This document shows, in pieces, positions 1-10,729 of a DNA stretch of 64,000 nucleotides. The notes under the pieces were generated by a model. The model was not told the origin of the DNA. It was given only the letters and a program-made list of their open reading frames with translations, and searched no databases. This stretch comes from Isurus oxyrinchus. Taxonomy: Eukaryota. Where the stretch lies: NCBI GenBank assembly GCA_026770705.1, contig JANJGN010000039.1:8246001-8310000 (forward strand), written 5' to 3'. Made by a program: the position numbers and the translations under genes. Positions within the stretch are counted from its first letter, which is position 1. Each line of letters starts with the position of its first letter.

Positions 1-379
1 ATGCACGTTATAGTTCACCTTAGTTTACTATCACAAAGTAAAAACACAGGGACGTCCTTTCATTATCAAATGACAAAGAAACATTCATAGTTTCGGCATT
101 ATGCAGCACTTTCTTTTCGTGGGAATCATTGGCAAGATTACTATTTTTTTCCGATATCACATATTCTTCTTCTTGCTGTCCATGTGATGCGGGTGCACAA
201 ACAGTGTTTCGAGCGATGTGTTTACAGGAATTTGATTCAGTGGCAGTCAGGGAATGCTGATGTATCTCCAAGTAAGGATATGGTGTGACTTGGAAATGAT
301 TTTGCAATAATAGTATTCCCAGGCCACTTCTGCTCTTGCCGTTCCAGGCCTCCGATGTGAAGTGCTCGAACGGATGCCT

Positions 380-2100
380 TTTGTTCACATCTGTCATATA
401 TCAGGAGCAGCAGCAATCATACCTAACAACACGGCTTTGACCTGGTGAATTGCAAGACAGGACAACTTGCATGCAAAGCAGCGGATGCAGCATGCAATTG
501 ACAGGTCTAATTAATCCCACCAGAAAATAACGTTAACTTAGCTCTGAAGTTCTGCTCATGTCATCTTCAATGTTGTTGGAAAATTCCATGACTCAGTGGT
601 GGCGGACACCACCAATAAACACATCGGCAATGATTGTGGAGCACAGCATATCAGTGCATATACATGGTTGAAGAACTTGCCACCATATTCAGACTGACGT
701 GACTGGTGGATGCATCATCCCGGCCCCCTTCTGTGGATGAGAGCAACACAGAAGCCAGTTTTGAGCCAATGTGGTTCACAACACTTGAGGTGAAGGAATG
801 ACTGAAGGAACTGCATGATGAAGAGACTATGGGTGCTGTCGGATACCAGCAATTGTACGGAAGATTAGTGCTCCTGAATAAACCTTCCTAGAGAACCTGG
901 TATAGTACAGCTAAAACACTGGCATGCACGCGAAAAGGTGAGCAGTTGCATAGCTGGGCCTATCCACAAAAACAAAACAGGTCAAATCCAAACAATCAAA
1001 TTACCACCAAATGTGCCTAATGATCATCATGAACAAAGTGATGGAATGCGTCATGGGCATTGCTTTCAATCGCCACGTACTCGGAAGTAACCTGCTCACT
1101 GGTGACCATTTTTTGCTTCATACGAGCTCCAGCTCTCGGTTTGGCCTTAAACCAAACATGGCCAAAAGTGCTGAATTCATGAGGTGATTGGAGAGCGGCT
1201 CCTGTTTACGTGAAGACAACATTTCACATAATGTTTTGTCAAGGAGATATATCAGGATTGGGGTCAATAAAAATAATGGGGGACCTACACATTGATTGCA
1301 GCCATACGTATCACAAAAGAAGGTTTATGTTTTAAAAACAAAAAACTGTGGATGTTGGAAATACAAAACAAAAACATAATTAGCTGGAAAAACTCAGCGC
1401 ATCTGTCAGCATCGGCGGAGAAGAGAAGAGTTGACGTTTCGAGATTTATATTTTGTTTTGTTTTGAAGGTGAATCAACTCATTCCGATGATATCACTGCA
1501 CGAGATCCTATGGGCAATATCCTGAGTCAAACCAACCTGAGCTTCTTCATTAATTGACTTCTCTGCATCATATTCCCAGAGGAAGGTTTGCGGTGGGGGA
1601 CGGGGGTTGGGGTAGTGTCCGCTGACGATTGTTCAAAGTTCAACAACATTCGCAACTTAAAAGATACTGAAGGCATCTTGCCCGTGTGCATCACGTCCTG
1701 GGCAATATCCAGGCTTCTGATGAAAACTGACAAGTCATGTTAGCACCACACAACTGACAGGCATATACCACCTACAAAAACAGAGTATCCAACCAATTCT
1801 CCTAGACATTTAATGGTATTTCCATCGTTTAATTCCCCATTTTTACATCGATGGAAAAACCATCGTCTCGAAACTGTGAAAGGAACGGCAGGTCGGAAGC
1901 TCACAATTCTGTCACGAGGACATCACCCCCTAAATATCCAAAACCTTCCCTCCATCTACAATGCACAATTCAGGAATGTAATGGAAAACACAACAGTTTT
2001 CTGCATGAGTTCCGCTTCAATAACATTCAACAATATTGACCTAATCCAGGGCAAAGCCGGCTGCTTGATTGGCAACCAGTCCTTAGCTTTAATGATTCAA
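380..2100 (+). mobile_element. Degenerate CR1/Jockey-group LINE ORF2 (RT region) fragment
   Basis: Decayed match to the family that is clearer at 43470-44370 and 50060-51590 (e.g. 'gggcaatatcctgagtcaaaccaacctgagcttcttcatcaattgac' and 'gtccgctgacgattgt', the PQGS/FADD region). Many stops and frameshifts. Confidence 0.7.
1334..1444 (-). mobile_element. Short Penelope-like terminal fragment inserted in copy A only
   Basis: Reverse complement of the 38360-38476 end of the Penelope element. Absent from the paralogous site near 26285. Flanked by tttatgtttt (1324-1333) and tttatatttt (1445-1454). Confidence 0.85.
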
Positions 2101-2404
2101 GCTGTTTATCTTTACCGAATAGTTATTCTTACTGATTTTAAAATCATATCAATCATCAACCAATAACTTAGCAAAATAACTTCATGAAAAATGGCTTTTT
2201 AGTCTTCGCACAATTGCAATCTTGCTTTCCTAAATACCATTTTGCCACGCCCCTCCGTTCAGTGTGCACCATTTTCCAGAGCATTAAGAGCACATGGTAC
2301 TTATGTGAAACCTCCTGGCATTATGTAAAACACGGGCAATAAATATTCGTTTATGTTGACCACCTCCCCTTCCCCTAAGATCATGACTGAATGAGCATCC
2401 ATGG

Positions 2405-2705
2405 ACGAATCATAGAATCACAGAATCATAGTACGGAAGAGTCTCCTTGGCCCAATGAGTCTTCACCGACAAGTGAGAAACACCTGAAATACATACGTAA
2501 TAACATTGACAAGCACTTGGACCATAGCCATGAATGTTACGACAAGCCAAGTGCTTATACAGGCACTTTTTAAAGGATGTGAGGCAACCCGCCTCCAACA
2601 TCCTCCCAGGCAGCGCATTCCAGACAGTCACCTCTCCCTGGGTAAAAATGCTTTTCCTCAAATTCCTCCTAAACCTCTTGCCCCTCACCTTTAACTTATG
2701 CACTC
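2405..2705 (-). mobile_element. CR1 LINE 3' end with short tandem-repeat tail
   Basis: Minus ORF 'HKLKVRGKRFRRNLRKSIFTQGEVTVWNALPGRMLEAG' is the typical CR1 ORF2 C-terminus. Tail repeats 'gaatcata/gaatcaca' at 2406-2430. Paralog at about 27243-27545. Confidence 0.85.
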
Positions 2706-2739
2706 TTGTGGGGCATAAAACACAGTTTTAGGGAGTGGC

Positions 2740-3200
2740 AAGAAACAAAAACTATTGTACACAGAGGACGTCAATGTCTATGACCAAGACAGGATCGGTA
2801 GCACCACTAATGGCCGATCAGCCCGACTCCGACAGATAACTGCTAGACTGGCTCTTTTGCAGGTGATCAGGGAACCAACAAGGTGCAAAGCCCGAAATGA
2901 ACTAGCCTCGCCAACCTTCAAGCAGCATATGCACCTGCCCATTACAGGATTGATAGGATAGAACACCTCACGTTCCTTGTGCAGACTTAGTCGGCCTTCA
3001 TGTTGGAATGTTCTTCCATGGTATAGTGTGACACTACCGTTGTGCGATACGGGTAGATTTCAAGCAGATCAGCAACACCAATGTGGGCATTCACCAGACA
3101 GTTTGGGCCATCAGCTGGAGCAGGGATGTGCACAACCATAATTTGGAATTCCAAGCCCAACCTATCTCCAACTCTTCAATTTCCATGCGGAATTATTATG
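2740..3200 (+). mobile_element. LINE ORF2 endonuclease/linker fragment (CR1/Jockey group)
   Basis: 'GSTTNGRSARLRQITARLALLQVIREPTR' is a decayed version of the segment also seen at 27600-28050, 38480-38940 (minus), 57480-57780 and 59690-60430 (minus). Confidence 0.65.
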
Positions 3201-3954
3201 GTGATGGTTGTGGTGCTGGACAAGAATTCCAATTTCTCCTTTTGGTGTTCGCTGTTGTCACTGTGCGACAGAGAATTCCTTGGATTACTGGGAATTAGCT
3301 GCGATTTTCCAATGTGGTGACATTGACGAGGCTGACTCTCTGCTCTCTGGAGCTTTGCCAAATGAGAATTGATCTCACTGAAACATACACCATTCTTACA
3401 GTGTTCCATGTTATCTATGATGGAGGGATGTTTCGCTGGCGGGTATGTCTAATATCATGAAAAACAATTTCAAAATAACAGATGTGCATTTACTGCAGAT
3501 ATTCCTTCACTTAGAGAGCAGCGAATGTTTGAAATTATCTCCTGCAACAGCGGCAGAGGCTCAGTCATTGGGAATGTTGAAGGCAGTGCGATGAACCAAT
3601 TTCTAAATATTAACTGCGCCCAGAGATATGAGATAGTACAAGGGAATGACATGAAGGCATGATTACAGCCATAATATAGTTCAATAGTGGAGCAAGCGCG
3701 AGCGGCCACCTTTCTAATTTCTGCTCCCATTGCCTATGAATCTATGTCCTTTTGTCACTTAGCAATGCGAGATGCACAAAGAGACAGGGGAGTCCGAAAA
3801 TCGTTTAAAACAACTCAGTTCAATTCTCCCTGTAAATCAGTTGGATTTGGAAGTTTCATCTAGACCAGCAGGTAGTGGAGGGCGATAAACTAAATGGGGC
3901 AGAATAATAAGAACCAGAAACTATTCGGGGTTCGTAGGTGTTTCAAAATCAGAC

Positions 3955-4330
3955 CACTTATGGCTCAGTCAGTTGAAATCTCCGTGCTGAGATAGATGTT
4001 TAACGATTTACTTCCGGCACCAGAAATTCAGAACAAAGTTCTCAGCTCATGGTCCAATCTCTTAGTGAAGTAATTCTGCACTATCGCAAGTAGAACCTTT
4101 AAGAACAGATTCACGATTGACGAGGAAAATGTAGAAGATTCAATTCCAATTATTCGAGGAGCAACATTGTCATAGCCAGTTATGTCCTGACCGATATTTC
4201 TACCTCTGCTAAAATCACCAAATAAAAAATCCGGTCATTGTCAACATGTTGTCAATGAAAGCTTCCTGAGCACAAATCGACGATCACGCTTACTTTAAGT
4301 AAATCCATCAATGTGGTCATGGACAAAGGC
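3955..4330 (+). mobile_element. Deu-domain tRNA-derived SINE (SacSINE1/AmnSINE-like), degenerate; paralog at 28842-29220
   Basis: tRNA-like head 'tggctcagtcagttga', then a Deu-core-like 'tgtcctgaccgatatttctacctc...ccggtcattgtcaacatgttgtc...gcttcctgagcacaaatcg'. Family assignment is from recalled consensus. Confidence 0.55.
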
Positions 4331-4870
4331 TGTTCAATTTCATGTCTATCAATATACAAGTGAGTCAGACATCGGAATGTCTTAAGCGCAGACAACATTG
4401 TGTTTCAGCCAAGCTTACAGATATCATCATTTCACACTGATTTGCAAAACTATCGCTATTAAAAATTAGGGGAATTGAAAGGGAATTTGTTGCTTGTGAT
4501 ATTGGAAAACAGGTGAAAACCGTGAGCAAACACTTTCAATAAGTGCAACCGAATTCTGCAGAATGCGAATTTGCCCCTGCAATGATTTCCATACCTCCAA
4601 TTACCTCCAATTTTAAACACGATCTGAATTGGTTATGACAATTATTGCAGAACCCCACCCAAATTCAAGAAATTCCCCAAAGAATGAAGACGGTCAACAC
4701 TGCAGAAAGCTGCGTGACACATAAAGCAACCTTAAGAAGTCATGTAACGTGAGAACTAACCTTTGATAACTCTCCAACAGAAAACGAAGTATTTCACGGT
4801 ACCAGAAACGCCTTTTGAGTACAAAGTCAATATCCAGTTATACGTCCACTGATTGTATTTAGGCTCTTAC

Positions 4871-4940
4871 CTGGTACACCAACAGCTGCGAGAATAGGGT
4901 AGTAAATGGCCTTTATCTTGTGAATTATCAGGTCTCCCAT
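4871..4940 (-). CDS. First coding exon of GPR139-like orphan class A GPCR gene A (MGDLIIHKIKAIYYPILAAVGVP+G); its main exon would lie left of the window
   Basis: ATG at 4940, 23 codons plus 1 nt, then a strong donor CAG|GTAAGA at 4870. YYPILAAVGVP fits the start of TM1 in this GPCR group. A near-identical exon is at 29762-29831. Too short for the ORF track. Confidence 0.85.
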
Positions 4941-5199
4941 CTTTATGAGAATCTGTCTTTCCTCCTGAGATGGGTAAACAGGATGGAATGGAACGATGTG
5001 AGCTGGAAACTACAAACCCCCGTCACCTGTGAATTAATTTCAGAAACATAAAATAAATAAAGTAAAATCACTGTCGATACTCGGAAGGAGATACCACATT
5101 AATTAAACCCAAAATATCAGGGTAAAACTGGCAGCAAAGCACTTGTAACATGGAAGAGAGATAAGCTGCTATATTTTACAGACATGAAGTCCTGTACAT

Positions 5200-5475
5200 A
5201 AACTTCCAAACCCACTTCCGCTTCTCCCTAGAAAGACAAGAGTAACATAGACTTGGGAACGCCACCATCTAGTAGCTGCTCTTCAAACCACTCACCGCCC
5301 TTATTTGGAAAGATATCGCCGTTTCTTCACTGCTTCTGCGTCAATGTACTGGACCTCCCCGTTATAACACAGACTACAGCAGCTCAAAAATGCATCTCAC
5401 TACCATCTTTTCAAGGGCAATTAGGGAAGGCAATAAATGCTGGCCTCGCCAGCGTCGCCCACATTCAATGAATGC
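5200..5475 (+). mobile_element. LINE 3' tail fragment (same CR1/Jockey-group family); paralog at about 30100-30370
   Basis: The terminal motif 'caagggcaattagggaaggcaataaatgctggcctcgccagcgtcgcccacattcaatgaatg' recurs at about 44350 and 52300. Confidence 0.7.
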
Positions 5476-5604
5476 ATAGAATAAGAGAGATTATTATTTT
5501 TAGCCTGAGAGTATGTAAATAAACATACATTAGACAACGATAACTTCGAGAATGGGTTTGTAAATGTCCCGTATCTGACAAAGTGAAAAAACGCTATTCG
5601 CTGC

Positions 5605-5789
5605 GAGAAGCGCTAATTGAAGCAGAAACACTGAGTCTTTTGGAGAAGATGAAATGATCCGTTCAGAGAAACTCTTATTTATACAACAGATAAATCCCCA
5701 TTAGCTCATTCATGTTCCCTGAAGAAATAAATCAGTTTCAGTCATTGAACAAACAGGTTACGTCAGTCACTCTCCTTGTGAAAGCAACC
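5605..5789 (-). promoter_or_regulatory. Candidate core promoter of gene A (conserved non-coding block with TATA box)
   Basis: 185 bp ungapped with 6 mismatches against 30500-30684, far more conserved than the flanks. TATAAATA on the minus strand at 5683-5676, a TTACGTCA CRE-like site, and TAAT homeodomain cores. Confidence 0.6.
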
Positions 5790-6879
5790 GCTACAAAGTG
5801 AAACATCAAATTTTGTACTGATGTCTGTGGTCAAACCAATTGAAGGGGCTGCATGATAGCGATCAATGGATAAATATTATCGGAGGTGGTCAGAGCGGAA
5901 AATGATTAAACCACCAGGGGTTATTGCGGGATAAATCGTCACTAATTTATATTAAAATGAATCTTAGCAACACAATGGTTCTGATCCTCCCTAAGTAGGG
6001 GGCACATTTCTGATGTTCCCCACTGTTTTGTGTTTCTGGATCCATTCTATGTTCCAACAAGGCACGTGTGTGATCCTTGTCTTAGACATTCAAGCTCCCA
6101 GAGGGAAGACATACGCTGCCCAGATCGTTCCTGGATTACGCTGGCACTGATTCCTCTGTCGGTGACTGGGCCTACATTCTATGGCGTTGCCCAGAAATTT
6201 GCACCATTCCGCCTGCAAATTAAAAATGCGACCAGAGGACATGGAGGGATCGTACTGGTGATTCCGTGAGGTGTAACACGATCTGTATGGAGAAGGCATT
6301 TGTTTTCTCAACCAGAAAATTTCAATATAATGCGTTCCAGACGTTTCCAAACCTATAAATGGTCAATAACCATCCTACCCCCGACAGCAAATCAATCTAT
6401 TCCACCCACTCACATATTACATCCAGAGAGATGTTTGGGCTGATTGAAAAACAATGTTTTGAATAAAATAATAGGTTAATTCGATTACAAAGCTGGGCGA
6501 ATATTCCAAGCTAAACATTTAACTCCTGACCCTCAGATGTCTTCTGCCGACGATCATTGGCCGATGGAATCATTCATTATAATGAAGCAGAACCTCCGGC
6601 TGTTGGTTTGCGCTGCATTTCATACAACATCAAACTCACAAGAATTAAGGGCAGGGGTAGCTCATTCGCCCTCTTGAGTCTCTTCTGCAACTCGAAAAGA
6701 AAATGGTTTTACCTGATCGTGGCCTCAGCTCCATTTTCCTGCCTGCACTTCTCCAACCTGCGTCACACACCCGGCCCTCCACACCCTCCACAAAACACAC
6801 ACATCCGTCCTCATGACCTCAATATCCTTTATTGGTCAATGAACTATCCAAACCAGTCTGGAATATGATGCTGCCCTCA

Positions 6880-7930
6880 AAAAGATGAAAAAAATGATCA
6901 ATGTCATTTGCTCTTTTGACGATGACCTGATAATCAGAGTGACGCAAGGCGGTTCGACAGTGTGGACCCCTTTCATGTGACTTGCGGTGCCAAGTAAGTC
7001 TCTGTCATGGCTTCAGCTCTATTTGTCATATACTTGCCGGCCATTATCCCGTTTACACTCAAAGAGTTTGGCACAGGCTTACATAATCATGTCAGGACAA
7101 ACGGCAACGTTGGCAAACGGCCAGGAATAAAACTTTGCACATAGGTCACTGAACAGCGACTGAGTGAAGCCTTATTCACGCACTACTGCGCTCGCTTTGG
7201 GCAGAATCCGGACATATCCAGCTGCATGCTGAGCGCTTTGCTGTGGACTCAGAACACTTTCGATTAACAATATATCCACAGATAGAGAAGCTGTATCAAA
7301 TCGCTGCTGGTCACCTGATCCAAGATGCCACAGCCACTCTGAACGAAAATCCCAACTGTTCAGTGCAGACGTTTGCTAATTTGGCAGCATGTTCTCCAAG
7401 AGAACTAACTGAATGAGCAAATTAAACATTGCCTGACAAAAGCAAGTTCGGCATTTAGCAGGCTGCACTCACTGTCTTCTGAAAGAAAAACATGGAGCTC
7501 CTCTCAGATGGAAGATCAAAGCCTGTCAGGCCGTGTTTTTTTATCTCAATTCTTGTCAGTGCGAGATTTGCAACATTGATCAGCCTCATTGAAACCTTGT
7601 GAAAACATTCCAATTTCACTGTCTGTAATCCATTTCCAACGGTAAGTGGCAGGACTGATTCCCACACACAAATATTCTTGCAAAGTGCAGCGTACTGAGC
7701 ATCGATAACATGGTCATTAGAGCCTCGCTTCCCTAGGTCAGTCATGTGGTTCATATGGAGAATGCCGACATACCAAAGGCCGCATTAGGTGAACACAGGA
7801 AGCTGCATGACAGGATGCTTCAAATCTCAAAGAAAAACCCAGAGATTGGAAACTGGGTCCGAATGCATGGGCTCCTGATTCCCCCTTGCCAACACCCCTG
7901 TAGCGTACCAGAACCATATGAGGCCAACGC
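6880..7930 (+). mobile_element. Degenerate RTE-clade LINE RT fragment; longer paralog at 31790-33150
   Basis: 'gtggacccctttcatgtgacttgcggtgccaagtaagtctctgtcatggcttcagctctattt' is a decayed DPF.V..GVKQGC..AP.LF motif. Downstream 'gcaagttcggcatttagcaggctg' is like ASSAFGRL. Confidence 0.65.
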
Positions 7931-7984
7931 CAGGCGCGGATAAAGCTGCACAGGGTAATGGAAAAAATATAAATATAAATCCAG

Positions 7985-8593
7985 AGCAGAATTAGAGAAT
8001 CCGGCTCCTCCAGCCAGCCTCACCATTCAATAACATTCTGGCTCATCTGATTGTGGACGCAATTCAGCATTCCGCCCAACTCCAATAACATTTGACACCC
8101 TTGGTACTCAAGGATATATCTGTCTCTGCCTGAAAAATATCCAGTCAGCTTCCCTACGCAGCACTTGTGGGAAGAGAGTTCCAAAGCCCTTCAACCCTGT
8201 GACTGAAATAAATCGCTTCCACCTCCCCTTCAAACGGGAGACCCACAACTTGAAAACTTTTCTCCCTTTGCCCCAAACTCCACGACAAGGGAAACATTCT
8301 CATTGCAAATAATATGCTGATTCCCTCAGGATCCAACCTATTTCAATCAAAGCACCCCTCTTTTTCCAGACTCCAATTGAAAACGGTTATCCAATCTTTC
8401 CGAATTTGATAAAACCCAGACAACCACCACGCTCCACCAACTCAGCCTCCTAGGTGTCTGCAGAATGAACGCTACCTCAACTGATTCTAAGTAATTGATA
8501 TCCTTTCTTAAAGTTGGAGGCCAAAACTGTGCACCGTTCTTTATATGTGATATCGGCAACGTTCTGCTCAACTTTAATAAAACATCACTACTT
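7985..8593 (-). mobile_element. CR1 LINE 3' portion; paralog at about 34765-35480
   Basis: Minus ORFs 'GAQFWPPTLRKDINYLESV' and 'YFSHRVEGLWNSLP' are CR1 ORF2 C-terminal motifs. Confidence 0.75.
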
Positions 8594-9569
8594 GCATAAC
8601 TTTAGACATCCTGCTAAATTAGTGTAATAGCAAATAAACATGAAGAGCTTGTAAAAATTGGCATGCACACTTTGTCAGAATTACTGCTAGTAGTTGAACT
8701 GTAATTGATAATTAAAGCTTAATTGTAACTCCTTCTTTGTTGGTTTTGATCGTCATGTGCAATTTAACAATTAAGCATAACCATATTCAACTTTTTAAGA
8801 ATACAAGTGAATCTCCTAACCCCTTTGCATTACTTTCTTACAACTTCACATTAACAATGCCCTCCATCTGGTTCTGTAGCATTGCCATGAGCTTATTGAC
8901 AGAGATGCTGAACAGACCTTGTAATTAAATCAGGAAATCTGGGAGAAGCTGCAGATCTCAGGTTGCAGCAGAATTATATTCAATTGCAATCCTTAAACTC
9001 ATGCCGCGGCATATTCCTCATTCCACTGAAATGTCCGCCGCGGGATTAACACAGATAAAATGACGAGTGCAGGTAGCAGTAAAAGAGCAGCACCAAATAT
9101 ACGACACAGCGGAAGGTGGTGCATCTTCAACACACCATTACCTGCATTTTAGACAACGGAAGAAAAGTGCAACAATGCTAACACCTCCCACAGACAGTGC
9201 ACCGAATCAAACCTTGAGTTCCAGTCGCATCCAGCAGCTTTTGATAGTGCCAGAAAGACAACTTTCAGGAGGAGGAGCCTTCAAAAGTATTCCCACTGGC
9301 TATGTTGGGAGCCAAACGACCTCAGTACAATCGACAAGGCTGAAACATTTGCAGCTCGTGTGTGTCAGGATTGTTAATGCTTCATCCTCCTAATGTCCCT
9401 GACATCACAGACGTCAGGCTGAATATAAAAAACAAAATATTGTTCCTAATGGAATTCTGAAATAAACACAGGTTAGGCTGGGAAACCTCAAAAGTTTTGG
9501 CAGATTCTGCGGAGAGAATCCGCACTCAACATGTTAATTCTGTTTCCATCAGGTTGTAGAATATTTGAT

Positions 9570-10120
9570 TTACTTGATAAAATCGCAGGAAATGGCTGAA
9601 AGGACTGGAAACAGCATTAGCTGTAGGGGTGACACAATCCCGGCAATTTTACTGAACATTCGGGCTCTATACCCAGACGAAACCGGAGGCCAAAAACATC
9701 AGCGCAGACATACCAAAAGCACATGCTACCGAACATGTGGAAAAAGTGCCCCAGTGTGTGCCCTACGCAAGTAGCATGAGAAATATAACCCTGGCAAATA
9801 CCCGTCCATCAATCTGGCCTTGGTCATAAGCAATAAAATGCAAGTTGTCATTTTGGTATTAAGCGGCAGTTACATAACACCACTAGCTCATTGATACACG
9901 GATGGAGGTCTGCCAGGGCCATTCGGCTAATGGCTTCATTACAGCTTTGCGTGTATCACATACAAAATGGCTGAACTCAGGAGCTGCGATGATAATGACG
10001 TGTCTTGATGTCAAGGCAGCATTTGTCAGTGAGCGACATGAAGGGAGCTCCGGTGTTACGATGACCGTACAGAATATTTGGATATTCATGATAGCAAAAT
10101 AAATAATCCGAACATCTTAA
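9570..10120 (+). mobile_element. LINE RT fragment (CR1/Jockey group)
   Basis: 'QGHSANGFITAL...CLDVKAAF' is the RT N-terminal LD..KAFD motif region. Confidence 0.65.
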
Positions 10121-10729
10121 AAAAAATAGTTGCATTGCTGCGATGGACCCAAACACAACATAATTCAAACATTAATAGGTCACTGATACTTCAGGTGAGA
10201 TGTAAATTTCAATGTTGGGTAGTCACAAAAACACAAGAAATTGGAGAATGTGGTGGATCAAATGCTCCTTCGAGCCTGCGCCGCCGTTGCTTACTAGCGT
10301 GGCATATCTTGGGGTTGAATTCCATTCCCTGCAATTTCCAGGCACCCGTTTTGTGAACCTTCTCTCTACCACCTCCGAAGATTGCGTTTCTTCTCTTCAA
10401 TGTCAAGACAAAAACTGCGCACAAAAGTCGAGGTGTTGCGTCAACAAAACACTGTGCAGACCTGTCAAAGTTTCTTCATTCCTCTACTCCAATTCCCGTT
10501 GCAACAAGTACACTCTCAGCTCTCAGGGTGTAAGATAAAGTGCTTCACATCAATCCCTATTTCTGAGGTGTAGATGAAATAGCTTTACTCAGAACAGTTC
10601 GGCCCGAGGTCCCTTCAGAAAACAGACACACTGCATCCGATTTGCAGCAGCAATCCAAATGCGCAATCCTCTTCTCAATTGTCACTGTCCTACGCAGAAT
10701 CCACCTAGCTTGTTCTCCCTATCTGATTC

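Larger units (their letters stand above)
1..8593. repeat. Segmental duplication copy A (intron, first coding exon and upstream region of GPCR gene A); direct paralog of 24968-35366
   Basis: Colinear similarity by eye throughout, e.g. 'gacgtcctttcattatcaaatgacaaagaaacattcatag' near 51 vs 'aacgtcctttcatatcaaatgacaaaaacattcatag' near 25018. It ends at 'acatcactactt' (8582 vs 35356). The same repeat fragments occur in the same order. Confidence 0.95.
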
